Origin: a virus
Lineage: Duplodnaviria > Caudoviricetes
Strand: one strand, 5' to 3'
DNA length: 42,288 nucleotides
IMG/VR virus record: IMGVR_UViG_3300046707_000144
Span: 1 to 42,288 of that record
The notes below the pieces were generated by a model. It saw only the letters and a list, made by a program, of their open reading frames with translations. It searched no databases and had not been told where the DNA came from. A program made the position numbers and the translations under genes. Below, piece after piece: positions 8,907 to 18,901 of the stretch (positions are counted from its first letter, which is position 1; each line of letters starts with the position of its first letter).

Positions 8907-9119
8907 ATGGAACGAGCCATCAATAAAGAGGAACTGTGGCTGCACACGAAACAGGCCGCAGAGTTTCTCGGGATCACGCAAGGGGCGCTTAGACACCATG
9001 TCGCGCGCGGGAACATCGTTCCCGATCACCGCGCGCGCCGCGGTGGCGGCATGCAAAGCAATCAGTTTTCGCTCGCTACTTTGCGCGCGTTTCGGAGCGG
9101 CCAACATGCACACGCCTAG
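8907..9119 (+). CDS. xis: Excisionase-like HTH protein
   Basis: WLHTKQAAEFLGITQGALRHHVARG; directly upstream of the integrase; start could be 8883. Confidence 0.75.
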   Translation: MERAINKEELWLHTKQAAEFLGITQGALRHHVARGNIVPDHRARRGGGMQSNQFSLATLRAFRSGQHAHA

Positions 9120-10404
9120 CGTGTTCGATCTGAAAAAGATCGGGCTCGATAAGAAAAGCGGATTGCTGCGGTACAGTGCGCGCATCGTTGTCACGGACGA
9201 TGTCACGAAAAAGCGCATCGTGGATACGATAGCGTCCAAGATCCTGGCCAACTCGATTCAGGAAGCCCGCGAGGGGGCGGCCAAGATCGCGGCGCAGAAG
9301 TGCCAGGCGATCGCTGGCGTCGCCACCGACCCCACCACTCGCGGGCAAGCCGTGACGGTTGCTGCAGCGTGGGACGCGTGGACTGACACAGTGAAGCGCG
9401 CGGGCTCGCGCCGCACCTATCGGTCGATAGGCCGATCCCGAGTAAAGCCGGACATGGGGCAGCAATCGCTGCATGCGGTTACGTCCGCGCAGTGGGGCGC
9501 ATGGCTCGAACGCTTGCGCAAGTCGACACGCATCAACTACGCGAACGGCATTCGCAGTGCGATCCAATCGCTTTACGCATGGGCGATCAAAAACCAGATT
9601 GGGCGCGTCACCGCGAACCCGATCAACGAATCGAACGCATTCGGCGCACGCCTCAAAGTGGACGATCCCGAAGCGCTTCGGAAGCGACTCAAGGCGGCGC
9701 GCGAAGATGCGTCACGCAAGCACCTCGAACCGGAGGAACTTGCGCGCATGCTCGCGGTGTATCAGCGCACGTTCCCGCAAACCTATCTGCTGTGGATCAT
9801 TCTGTGCTGCTCCGCGGTGCGCTTTGCGGAGGCGTGCGTGCTGGAGCGGGACGCGTTCGATTTCAAGAATCCCAAGTTGCCCCGGTTGCACGTCTACCAA
9901 ACCTTGAGCGCTGGCGAGTTGGCACCACCCAAGGGGAACGTAGACCGCTGGATCGATCTCCCGCCGCTACTCGTCCCGCTCATTCGCGCACACATCGCAA
10001 AGCAGCGCGGCGCGACGCAAGCCTATGGCGGCGAGCCGCACACGTTCCTGTTTCCGCGGCTGCAATCCTCGCGGGGCTCAAACGTCCCCGTGGTCAGCTA
10101 CGACACCCTCCACCGACACGTCACGGAAAGCAAAGCCAAGGCAGGCGTGGCAACGGCCAACGCCACGCACCTTGCGCGGCACACCGCGGCCCTACTGCTC
10201 TCCACGCTTCCGGGAAGCGCCGCCCAGCGCCAGCTAGGGCACGCGACGCTAGAGCAGACCCTAGCCTACGGAGCGAACCCCAAGGGGCTTGTGGGGCAAG
10301 CGATGGAGAAGAGCATGGGCGCACTACTTCCCACGGGTGACGTGATCCCCATTTCCGCGGCCAGTGGGAGATTTTATGGGAGATCCGGCAAATCTGGCCG
10401 GTGA
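9106..10404 (+). CDS. int: Tyrosine integrase
   Basis: Catalytic R (AVRFAE), K (PPKG), HLARH, LGH and Y (TLAY); GGAG RBS. Confidence 0.92.
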   Translation: MHTPSVFDLKKIGLDKKSGLLRYSARIVVTDDVTKKRIVDTIASKILANSIQEAREGAAKIAAQKCQAIAGVATDPTTRGQAVTVAAAWDAWTDTVKRAGSRRTYRSIGRSRVKPDMGQQSLHAVTSAQWGAWLERLRKSTRINYANGIRSAIQSLYAWAIKNQIGRVTANPINESNAFGARLKVDDPEALRKRLKAAREDASRKHLEPEELARMLAVYQRTFPQTYLLWIILCCSAVRFAEACVLERDAFDFKNPKLPRLHVYQTLSAGELAPPKGNVDRWIDLPPLLVPLIRAHIAKQRGATQAYGGEPHTFLFPRLQSSRGSNVPVVSYDTLHRHVTESKAKAGVATANATHLARHTAALLLSTLPGSAAQRQLGHATLEQTLAYGANPKGLVGQAMEKSMGALLPTGDVIPISAASGRFYGRSGKSGR

Positions 10405-10616
10405 GACCCCGCTTTTTACGGCGTTTTTGGGGTGCTGACCCCTACATCGGTGAAAATGCCGAACTCACGCGGACGCGGACAATCTAGGAACGCAAAGGGG
10501 CGTTTGGGGCTTGCAAACAAGGGGTTTCGACAAAACGGGCCATTGTTCCAGTGTGACCCCCAAAAGCCCGCAAAATCCCACTGAGAAACCCGCCCAGTGG
10601 GAGATCCCAGTGGGAG
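10361..10616. other. Putative attP region with integrase arm-type repeats
   Basis: CCAGTGGGAGAT at 10361 and 10594, CCAGTGGGAG at 10607, partial TGGGAGAT at 10377, inverted ATCCCACTG at 10575, flanking a non-coding centre. Confidence 0.7.
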
Positions 10617-10662
10617 TTTTTTCCTCCCACGCGCGGGGGTGTCCAGGCCTTGGGACGCCTCG

Positions 10663-10854
10663 CTAAAGGCATCGGCAACGTCCCCCCGCCAGCTCTAGCG
10701 CCGCGCCGCCATCCGGGCATTGCAGCTGCGAGCACACCAGCCGAGGCGCTTCCCTCGCGGGCGGTGGACCGATCGAAAAGGTGTGCGTCACGGTCAAGGT
10801 GCAGGCGCCCGCGAGGAGTAGCAGCCAGCCGAGCGCGCTACCCCTCAAGCGCAC
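10663..10854 (-). CDS. Small Cys-rich putative lipoprotein
   Basis: Basic N-terminus, hydrophobic stretch, LAGAC lipobox-like motif, four further Cys. Confidence 0.55.
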   Translation of the reverse strand: MRLRGSALGWLLLLAGACTLTVTHTFSIGPPPAREAPRLVCSQLQCPDGGAALELAGGRCRCL

Positions 10855-11311
10855 GCCGCACCGCCCGGGCCCGGGCTGCCCCTAGCTCCGCAACGCGCTC
10901 CGCATCGGACCACGTCCCGGTGTCCCGGACGTCGAGCAACGCGGTGATCTGCGGTGGCAAAAGGTTGTTATCTCGTGGGCGGCCAATGGTCACTAGTCCC
11001 GCACCTGGCGGTAGGGCGGTCCCGTGGATCGTGGTCCCAAGGTGCGCGTCAACTTCGGGGACCGCTGGCAGCTCTAGAGCAGCCTGGCCACCCACCACGA
11101 TCGCGGGCTGGATCGTGTCGGTAGTGAGCACGGGGAAACCGTGCGTGGCTGGATCGTGCACCGTGCCCGACACGTCTACCCCATCTTTGAAGATGCGGCA
11201 CTGTCGCGGCGTAGGGTTGCCCGCGGAGTCGCGCAAGCCGTTGGCTTGGTCGAGTGCAACGCGGATGGCTTCGAGCTGTGGCGCGGGGGCAACGTGGTAT
11301 CGCTTGGTCAT
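10838..11311 (-). CDS. Hypothetical protein (tail-associated position)
   Basis: ATGA-coupled to the upstream repeat protein. Confidence 0.7.
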   Translation of the reverse strand: MTKRYHVAPAPQLEAIRVALDQANGLRDSAGNPTPRQCRIFKDGVDVSGTVHDPATHGFPVLTTDTIQPAIVVGGQAALELPAVPEVDAHLGTTIHGTALPPGAGLVTIGRPRDNNLLPPQITALLDVRDTGTWSDAERVAELGAARARAVRRALEG

Positions 11312-13551
11312 GGCGTGATCCCAGTGGTGGCTAGGTAGTAATTTTGGATCGTGGTTCGTTGTGCGGGGGTCACGCCCGCGGTGACGATGAGATCGCGCCA
11401 CCGACCGATATACGGCAACGTGAATCCACTGTTGCTCCCAATGCGCAACGTGTGGCCAGGCGCGCCCGCTTCGGGGACGGACGCGTACGCGCCGGAGGTG
11501 ATCGTGGTTCCCTTGGCGCGCAGATCAAACTGCGGGCTGCGAGCGGTCCCGTGCGAAAGCTCGCGGTAGGTCGGGACGTTCGCCGCAATGGCGCCAACCG
11601 ATGAATCAGGGTAGACGCTTGCTCCGGTTTTCTCGACGCTGCTACGCAGGTCCGCGGTAACCGAGTAACAGGCAATCCCGCGGACACCCGCTGACGATGT
11701 GGTGCACACAAGCGAATGCACGCCCGCGGCGGTTGTCGCTGTGAAGCAATCGAACAAGCTTAGCCCGGAGCCATCGTGCACAAACTCAAAAGCCAGCGGG
11801 GGGCGGTTGCTCACGTACGTCTCAGCGCCCGTGAATGTCGCGCACCTGGCGCCAGCATAGTCGGCGTGCGCCGCGGGGATCGCCACTTGGGCCGCGCTTG
11901 TCGATTGCGCGAGCAAATGCGTAACGTCGCTGAAATCGATCCAGCCCGCAACCTTCAAAGTCACGCCGTCTACTGCATAGTAGTCGGCAGTGAATACGGG
12001 CTTGCCCGCTGCGATTGCGATCACCTCATTGATCGGGGGTAGCGGGATCCCGCAGTCCGAATAAATGTATTGGTCAACCGTGACCAGCCCCGCGGGGTCA
12101 AGGTCGGGGAACCACATTAAGTGACGCATGCGGTTGCTGGACACCAGGCTAGAGCGCCCCACCGTGAGCGGCCTAGCGGACGCAGATCCATCCATGGACA
12201 CCGTGAGCGCGCCGGACGTTTCCGCGCCGCCATTCGAAGCGCGGAGGTAAACGGTTGTCGGGGTGCGTCGATAGCGGGTTAGGAAACCCACGTCCACAGC
12301 AACACCCGCCCGGTTGAGCGTTGTCACCACCGCGGGGCTTACCCGCGGGCGCACGTCCGCGTAGTTGGGGTTCCCAGTGATGAGATACCGGGCAATCGAT
12401 GCGGGTAGCTCGGAACCGTTGCCGGTTTCCCACAAGCACTGAGTTGCCGTCGCGACAGTGCAAAAGGTGTCGTATGAATATCCGGTTTCAGCTTGCAACG
12501 TGCCCCAATACGCCACGCTTCGATTCGACACATAATAGACGTCCCCGACCATGCTCACGCATCGCTGGTTTGCGTAGCTCGGGTGAGGCGCGGGGACCGC
12601 GGCTTGGTTCGCACTCACTGGTTGCGAAACCGTGTGCGCGGGATCGTTCCAGTCGATCAGTGCTGCCAGTTTTGAGCTGACACCGTCTACCGCATAGTAG
12701 TCTGCAGTGAATACGGGCCGACCTGCTGCGAGCGCCCGAACTTGCTGGAACATGCTACCGAGTCCGGTTTGCAGCTCGATAAACTTTCGAACCACTTCGA
12801 TCTCGGTCGCAGACAGCACGCGGTGCCAGCTGTACACCGCGCGCAATCGCATGTTGCTCATAGAGTCGAGCACAGGCGTTGCGCCCAAGTGCGTAGGCGA
12901 TGGCGGATCGGCCGGGTTGGGTGCCGTGGTACTACCAGAAACGAAAACGATCGTTCCTTTTCTCAGTGTCCACTTGGGGGACGCCGCTTCGCTATACGTC
13001 CACATGCTAACCGCGCCAGCGTCGATCGGGTTGTCGTATGGGTTAGCGAGTGAATTCCAGTTCGCTGGCAGCAACACACGCAAGTTGCCGGATGTCCCAT
13101 TGCCGCCGAAATAAAAGATCGCGGTCGCTTGCGCACCGTTGCCGTCAGCTAGAAAAATGTTGTTCGTCGCGGACGTTGCGAGTGGCACCCAAACCGCGCA
13201 CTCCGTGACCCCGGATCCATCATGCCGATACTTGCCCAAAGCCGCGGGGCGGTTGCTGGCGTAGTACTCCGTGCCAGTCCACACCGTGCTGCGCGCGCCA
13301 CCGAAAGCAAGATCCGCGTTTGGCAGTGGCACTTGTGCGGCGGGTGTTGCCTGGCTCCAAAGATTGGTCGGATCCACCACGTTGACAAAGGATCCGATCT
13401 TCGCGCCTGCCGGATTGTAGTTGTCCGCGTCAAGCCACACGTCTGCAGACGTAAAGAGCGCGCGGAAGGCAGACACGATCGCCTCCGACGCGGATTGCGA
13501 TTGCGTCTGATTCGCGTTCCTACGTTCGCGCCATGGCCAGCGACGGGACAT
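11308..13551 (-). CDS. Putative receptor-binding/tail protein with three tandem ConA/LamG-like domains
   Basis: Three ~240-aa homologous units (WLDADNY/FTADYY...SQ...Q...P...YxSNR); located at the end of the virion operon. Confidence 0.7.
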   Translation of the reverse strand: MSRRWPWRERRNANQTQSQSASEAIVSAFRALFTSADVWLDADNYNPAGAKIGSFVNVVDPTNLWSQATPAAQVPLPNADLAFGGARSTVWTGTEYYASNRPAALGKYRHDGSGVTECAVWVPLATSATNNIFLADGNGAQATAIFYFGGNGTSGNLRVLLPANWNSLANPYDNPIDAGAVSMWTYSEAASPKWTLRKGTIVFVSGSTTAPNPADPPSPTHLGATPVLDSMSNMRLRAVYSWHRVLSATEIEVVRKFIELQTGLGSMFQQVRALAAGRPVFTADYYAVDGVSSKLAALIDWNDPAHTVSQPVSANQAAVPAPHPSYANQRCVSMVGDVYYVSNRSVAYWGTLQAETGYSYDTFCTVATATQCLWETGNGSELPASIARYLITGNPNYADVRPRVSPAVVTTLNRAGVAVDVGFLTRYRRTPTTVYLRASNGGAETSGALTVSMDGSASARPLTVGRSSLVSSNRMRHLMWFPDLDPAGLVTVDQYIYSDCGIPLPPINEVIAIAAGKPVFTADYYAVDGVTLKVAGWIDFSDVTHLLAQSTSAAQVAIPAAHADYAGARCATFTGAETYVSNRPPLAFEFVHDGSGLSLFDCFTATTAAGVHSLVCTTSSAGVRGIACYSVTADLRSSVEKTGASVYPDSSVGAIAANVPTYRELSHGTARSPQFDLRAKGTTITSGAYASVPEAGAPGHTLRIGSNSGFTLPYIGRWRDLIVTAGVTPAQRTTIQNYYLATTGITP

Positions 13552-13554
13552 TGC

Positions 13555-13932
13555 TTATACCTCACTCACGAACATCTCAATAAACCCGCCCCCCGCACTA
13601 CCAATCAGAACTAGGTGCGTGGTGTCCCCGTCTAGAATCCCCTCCAGCTTGTCGCCAGGGGTGAGCGTGGGTGCCGCGCCAGCGCTTGGCGCAAGGGGTG
13701 TGGACACTTGGTTACGGACGATCACCGTGGACGAAATGCCACCGGCGATCTGCACGTCCGATCCCACCGCGCCCACGTACGCGGCGCGGATAAACTTGCC
13801 CCGCATGTCTTCGCCGATTGGGATGGCCTGCGATGCGGTGGTTACCCCGATGCGGAAGTTTCCGCGCCAGGATGCAACCGCGCTCGGGAACCGTAGCGCC
13901 GCGTCCCTTGCTTCAATGCTTCCACCGGACAT
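13555..13932 (-). CDS. Hypothetical virion-operon protein (beta-rich)
   Basis: Tight operon packing. Confidence 0.7.
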   Translation of the reverse strand: MSGGSIEARDAALRFPSAVASWRGNFRIGVTTASQAIPIGEDMRGKFIRAAYVGAVGSDVQIAGGISSTVIVRNQVSTPLAPSAGAAPTLTPGDKLEGILDGDTTHLVLIGSAGGGFIEMFVSEV

Positions 13933-13934
13933 AA

Positions 13935-15206
13935 CTAATTCTCCTGGTTCTGGACCGCTTCGAGCTGACCCCGAACGCGCGTCGCATACTCGGGGTGCAT
14001 CATTTGCATTTGGTAGTTGATCGATTTGATGCGGTCCTGATCGCCACTCGACACCGCGGCGGTTAGGCGCGCTTCATCCTCCGGAGGGAGTCCGGTGTTG
14101 CCGCCATGCAGCACGCTCTCTAGCGCCCACGTCATGGCCGCATCGTTCGAGGGGACTTGCGCCCGCTCACTCACGGCGGACGCTGCAGACTGTCCAGCCC
14201 AACGCAGGCCACCGCTTACGATGGGCGCGGTACGCGCTGCGATCGCTGGCGCATGCGCGAGCATGGCGCCCGAAATGTTCTTTGCGCCCCCCGCACCAAG
14301 CGCGCCCAGTGCCGCGCCCGTTTTCCAGTCGCCGCCCGCGGCTTTCGTCACGAGTCCGCCCGCGACTGCACCGCCCAAGCCCCGCTTGGCAACATCGCCC
14401 AAACCACCCAAAGCGCCGCTTTCTGCAGCGGGCGCGGGCTTGAGTCCGCTAAGCCACTTGGACGCCACCGCATCGTCAACGGTGCCCAACACCGCGGCAT
14501 CGTCCGCGCGTTGCGCTGCAGCCTGGCTAGTGGGCGCGAGCCAATCGGGAAGGTACCCCTTTACAGCGCGCGCCGCATCGTCAGAGTACCCGCCGACAAC
14601 GCCCACCGCATCGTCAACCGAGCTGGCCGCGGGCTTGAGTGCAGACCCAAGCGCGCCGAGTCCGGACGTGACACCCTTGGCAAGCCCCGCACCCGCGCCA
14701 CTCATGAGCGCGCCGATTCCGCCACTCTGCAAGCGCTCCTTGATCCCGCCCTCATTCAGAAGCGCGCCAGACAGTCCGCCAACCGCAGCTTGGCCCGCGA
14801 GGGTAGAGCCCCCGAGATACGCCGCGGGGACTGCCATCGTCACGTTGCCAGCGAGCTTCGCCCCGCGCGTGCTCATCGTGTCTGGAATCGAGTCAATGAA
14901 GCCCTTGCCCGCAACGGTGGCACCCTCGGGACGTGCATACTCCGTGTGGTCTGCAGCCCAGTTGCCTAGGCGCTCCCCGAGCCTGGAATGCGTCGGGGAT
15001 AGCCCGCGAGCGTAGGAGACTAGGACATCCTCCCATGACGCTTCGGGGCTGGACGCGTCATCCTCTTCTGTCAGCGCTTGCAGCTGATACCTATCGTCCC
15101 CATTCGCGGGAGTCTGATCACCGGACTCAGCGGGAGGCGTCGGGTTTTCCGCCGGGGTTTCCCCATCCTCCGAAAGTACGGGCAACGCGAATCGGTCCTT
15201 AGACAT
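13935..15206 (-). CDS. Putative internal virion/ejection protein, Gly/Ala-rich with hydrophobic segments
   Basis: Position after the tail nozzle; helical low-complexity composition. Confidence 0.65.
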   Translation of the reverse strand: MSKDRFALPVLSEDGETPAENPTPPAESGDQTPANGDDRYQLQALTEEDDASSPEASWEDVLVSYARGLSPTHSRLGERLGNWAADHTEYARPEGATVAGKGFIDSIPDTMSTRGAKLAGNVTMAVPAAYLGGSTLAGQAAVGGLSGALLNEGGIKERLQSGGIGALMSGAGAGLAKGVTSGLGALGSALKPAASSVDDAVGVVGGYSDDAARAVKGYLPDWLAPTSQAAAQRADDAAVLGTVDDAVASKWLSGLKPAPAAESGALGGLGDVAKRGLGGAVAGGLVTKAAGGDWKTGAALGALGAGGAKNISGAMLAHAPAIAARTAPIVSGGLRWAGQSAASAVSERAQVPSNDAAMTWALESVLHGGNTGLPPEDEARLTAAVSSGDQDRIKSINYQMQMMHPEYATRVRGQLEAVQNQEN

Positions 15207-15209
15207 GAC

Positions 15210-16724
15210 CTATTCCCCGATCCCTTTGTAGTACTTCCGCAAGGTCTCGACGCGGCCCGCGTACGCGCTGGAAAGCTTGTTTAGCCAGCGCGTGAGAGTC
15301 TTCGGACTCTTGCCGAACCCTTGTCCCGTTTCGTTATAGATGCGCTGCATTTCCTGGTTTGATACAGACGCGCCGGACCGATCCTTGATGATTACGTTCT
15401 GCAGCGCCGCGAGCGCGGCCACCGCGTTCTGTGCTTTCGGGTTGCCCGCAAGGGCGGTGTTTCGGATCATGCCTCCGAAGTTGTTCCCGGACATGGAATC
15501 GGGAAGGTTGACGATGAGCGCCTTCTCAGTCGGCGTGAGTGAGCCCCACGCACTGATCGCCTCATTCAGCGATTGGTGCTGACTCTTCATCCACGTTTCT
15601 TCTTTCACCCGATCGTCAACGTTCGTCCCCTGTACAGAAGCGCTCTTACCGGGCGCATCCTGGTTTGTGGCTTCCGCTCGACTCGTCCCGAGCATTTCGC
15701 CCACAAGCTTTTTAGGGTCTCGACGCGCCGCGAGTTGCGCCGCGGCAAGTGACTGCTTTGCGATTTGCAGCGCTTGCGGATCCACCGTGGACTCGTCCAG
15801 CGTCCCGGTGCGCAACGCGGTAGCCATCTCAGCAGTGAACGGTTTCCCGCCGACACCGCTTGCCTTGATCGCCACAGTCTGATCGATCGCGTTTTCAAGC
15901 TCCGCTTTCGCGTCGCCACCAAGCCCCGCGCCGCCACCGCTCCCGCTTTTCTTGCGGTGGTCTACCGAGTACCGGCGATCCGCGCTGGTTTGCGCGGCAA
16001 TGTCGCGACGCAGGCCAAATTCATCCTCCCACTTCCGCCCCATCATCTCGCGGGTCAAGTCGCGATCTTTGTCCCGTTCCTCAAACTCACGCTCCCGGAG
16101 CTGCATGGACCCAAGGTTGTTGAGCATGCCAACCGCCTGCGAATCCTTGCGCATGTTCGCGGCTACCTCGGGATCGATCCCAAGGTATTGGTGCAAAAGC
16201 TCCGCGGTTGCCTGATCGACATACCCGTGCTTGTCCGCCTGCTCCGCGTCTCGCATGAGTGCGGACGCTAGGTTGTCGTCATAGCCCCGCTGCGCGCGCC
16301 CCGCGTCCGTAGTACCGCCCGAAATGCCCGCACCAATCGCCCCAAGCCACTTGTGCAGGTTGCTTGGACGATCCCCGTGTGCCTTGCGGAATGCGCTCTC
16401 ATACATGCCGGGTTCTGCAGACGCGGGACCTTTGCCCCTCGCGGCAATCACCTCCGTAATGCGTGCGCGCGCCGCAGCCTTTGCCGCTTCAGTCGCCCCC
16501 TCCGCTTCCATCTTCGCGGTTTCGTCCGCGATCAGCGCATCAACTTCACTCTCGGGGCTATCGATTGCGGTGGCTTCCGGTTGTGGACCATTCGCAGGAT
16601 CCAGCAAGTCGAGATCGGAGATCTCACCCGCTGGCGCTGCGCTACCGGAGATCTCGATCGGTTCGATCGTGGCCGGCTCGCCCAACAACTCGCGATAGAC
16701 ATCGTCATCGTTGGGGCGCTTCAT
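15210..16724 (-). CDS. Putative internal virion/ejection protein
   Basis: Helical, charged; SGASVSNQE motif near the C-terminus as seen in podophage ejection proteins. Confidence 0.65.
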   Translation of the reverse strand: MKRPNDDDVYRELLGEPATIEPIEISGSAAPAGEISDLDLLDPANGPQPEATAIDSPESEVDALIADETAKMEAEGATEAAKAAARARITEVIAARGKGPASAEPGMYESAFRKAHGDRPSNLHKWLGAIGAGISGGTTDAGRAQRGYDDNLASALMRDAEQADKHGYVDQATAELLHQYLGIDPEVAANMRKDSQAVGMLNNLGSMQLREREFEERDKDRDLTREMMGRKWEDEFGLRRDIAAQTSADRRYSVDHRKKSGSGGGAGLGGDAKAELENAIDQTVAIKASGVGGKPFTAEMATALRTGTLDESTVDPQALQIAKQSLAAAQLAARRDPKKLVGEMLGTSRAEATNQDAPGKSASVQGTNVDDRVKEETWMKSQHQSLNEAISAWGSLTPTEKALIVNLPDSMSGNNFGGMIRNTALAGNPKAQNAVAALAALQNVIIKDRSGASVSNQEMQRIYNETGQGFGKSPKTLTRWLNKLSSAYAGRVETLRKYYKGIGE

Positions 16725-17821
16725 TTCTTTTTATCCTTGTCCCCGCCACTTCCGCCACCGCCTCCGTACACGCTCGTCACAACGTCCGCTGCCATCTTGA
16801 TTGGACCGCTGATCGATTGGCCCGCTGCAGCCTGCGTACCGCCCGTGTACCCGGTGCGCGCTTGCGTCGCCTGCTGCACACCCGGAGTCTGTCCGGTGAA
16901 TGCCGCGAGGGGGGTGGTGTTGGCGTTGGACTGGCCTGCGTTGAACGCGTTCGCGCCGCCTTGCGCCAAGTCCGTACCTTGCCCATAGCCATACTGCTGA
17001 TCGTTGCGCGCGTTGTTCTGCTGATTCTGCGCCACCCCGATTTTGGACAGCAGCGATTGCAAGTCCCACTGATTGCGACTCGCTTGCGTGTTTGCGTAGC
17101 CTTGGCGCATCCAGTCCGCGTTACTGTTCGCGGCTTGCTGCATCATGCTGGCATTGTTCTGCACAAACTGGTTTTGCTGGTTCTGCAGACCCGCGGTGGC
17201 TTGCTGGCCGCCCATAAGCGCGTCAAGCGCCCGCTGTTCACTGTCCGCGCTGGTCTGCAAGTCCGCGCCCGAAAGCCTGCCCGCGGCCCCTTGCTGCGCG
17301 CCAAGTAGCGCCGCAATCTCCGCGCCGCCCCCACCCATGCCGCGCTCCGCTAGATCTTGCTGCGCTGCGGACGTTTGGCCCTGGATCAGGTTCTCAGCTT
17401 CCGCGCGGTTCTTTGCGCGTGCGGCGCGATCGCGCGCGGTGAGTCCGCCCTGATTGTACAGGCCGAACATCTCGTTAATGGCTTGCTTCTGCGCACCCTC
17501 CGCATTGGGGTCTGCAGACGTGCCATATTGCAACGCGTCCGCGCTGGTGATCTCGCGTTGCTGGAGCGCTGGATCCAGCCAGCCCATGTCATTGCCAAAA
17601 CGCGCCTCGATCGGGTCCTGCGCAGCGGGGGCTTTGGGATCGCCATAATCGATATTGTCGAAGTTGACGCCAGACAAATCGGGGACAACGCCATACCCGC
17701 TCACGTCTGTAAGCGGATCGGGATCGCGCTCCGTGACTTTCTCGCGTCCCGCGCCAGTCGTACCCTTGCTAATACGGACTGGATCAAGACGCGCGCCCGG
17801 TGATGTCCTACCCCCCGCCAT
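16721..17821 (-). CDS. Putative DNA ejection/pilot protein (Gln/Ala/Gly-rich)
   Basis: LAERGMGGGG motif and Q/N-rich helices; position in operon. Confidence 0.65.
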   Translation of the reverse strand: MAGGRTSPGARLDPVRISKGTTGAGREKVTERDPDPLTDVSGYGVVPDLSGVNFDNIDYGDPKAPAAQDPIEARFGNDMGWLDPALQQREITSADALQYGTSADPNAEGAQKQAINEMFGLYNQGGLTARDRAARAKNRAEAENLIQGQTSAAQQDLAERGMGGGGAEIAALLGAQQGAAGRLSGADLQTSADSEQRALDALMGGQQATAGLQNQQNQFVQNNASMMQQAANSNADWMRQGYANTQASRNQWDLQSLLSKIGVAQNQQNNARNDQQYGYGQGTDLAQGGANAFNAGQSNANTTPLAAFTGQTPGVQQATQARTGYTGGTQAAAGQSISGPIKMAADVVTSVYGGGGGSGGDKDKKK

Positions 17822-18524
17822 TTGGAGTCACCTGTCTGGCGCCTGCGCGCCGTTGAATCTCAGCCAAAACCTCCGGCTTCTTGATGTCCTTGATCATCAA
17901 TCCGCCCTGAAGTTCCTTGGCAATCTCAGCCATCAAGCGCCGCCCCTGATCACTGTCCGGGCCCACGCCCAGTTCTTTCATGATCGCCTTGGACGTGGGT
18001 CCGCTCTTATTCGTGCGGAACAGACCATCGCTCGTGAACTTGAAACCCGCGGCTTGCAGCTGCTTCATTTGATCCGCGTTCAGTCCGCCCGCGGTGTCTG
18101 CCTTGAAAGCAGCCTGCGAAAGGTCCGGCTTCGAAATCTGGCGCGTGAATGGTTGCACCGCCCATGGCGTGGATTGCTGGATCTGCTGCTCTTTCGCGAG
18201 CAACTGATCCATGTTCCCAAAGCGTTGATCGGACCGTTGCTGCGCTTGCGCCTGCATTTGAGGTGCGCCGCGTCTGGTTCCTTGGATTGCAGACGCGTTG
18301 TCACCGCTCACGAATGAGTTGAGAAACGCGTCCGCGATCGGACTCTCGGAACGCTGATAAGGCGCAACGTGGTCCGATGCATATTCAGGCTTCCAATCAG
18401 CCTGCTGCGCCATGAAAACGGAGCGCTCGCGATCTTCTTTGGCCGCGGTTTGCGCCTTCTTGGCCGCTTCCAACTGCAGACGCGCCTGCTTCCCTTTTGC
18501 GATGCCTTCCGCCAAACCAACCAT
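17808..18524 (-). CDS. Putative internal virion protein
   Basis: Operon position; helical composition. Confidence 0.6.
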   Translation of the reverse strand: MVGLAEGIAKGKQARLQLEAAKKAQTAAKEDRERSVFMAQQADWKPEYASDHVAPYQRSESPIADAFLNSFVSGDNASAIQGTRRGAPQMQAQAQQRSDQRFGNMDQLLAKEQQIQQSTPWAVQPFTRQISKPDLSQAAFKADTAGGLNADQMKQLQAAGFKFTSDGLFRTNKSGPTSKAIMKELGVGPDSDQGRRLMAEIAKELQGGLMIKDIKKPEVLAEIQRRAGARQVTPNGGG

Positions 18525-18526
18525 GG

Positions 18527-18901
18527 CTAGCTCCGTTCCCCGACCAAGTAAGTCAGCGCATAGACGTCACCCGCGATAAGGCCCGCGGGTTCGTACACAG
18601 AAATTGTTTGGGTGGGCGCGTCCCACAAAAACCCAAGCGAACCGGTTACCCGCGGCGCTACTTGTCCGATCTTGGTGTGCACCGGGGTCACGTTGACCAA
18701 GACAACCGCGACGGGAAGCGCGCCAATACCCACCGCGATCTTGGCCATAGGATCGCCCGCTGCGGTGTAGCGCTCGACAAGCGCCCAATGCGCGGTCAGC
18801 TTGGTTGTGAGCGCTTGCAGGGTATCCCGCGCGTTCTCACTGTGCTGCAGCGCGGACGCTTTGGGATCTGCAAGCGCAGTCGTGTGGCGCGGGCCGATCA
18901 T
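18527..18901 (-). CDS. Hypothetical tail-associated protein
   Basis: ATGA-coupled to the nozzle gene. Confidence 0.65.
   Translation of the reverse strand: MIGPRHTTALADPKASALQHSENARDTLQALTTKLTAHWALVERYTAAGDPMAKIAVGIGALPVAVVLVNVTPVHTKIGQVAPRVTGSLGFLWDAPTQTISVYEPAGLIAGDVYALTYLVGERS

Noticed and set aside
11308-13551. Diversity-generating retroelement acting on the tail repeats
   Set aside because: No reverse transcriptase and no adenine-specific template/variable repeat pair
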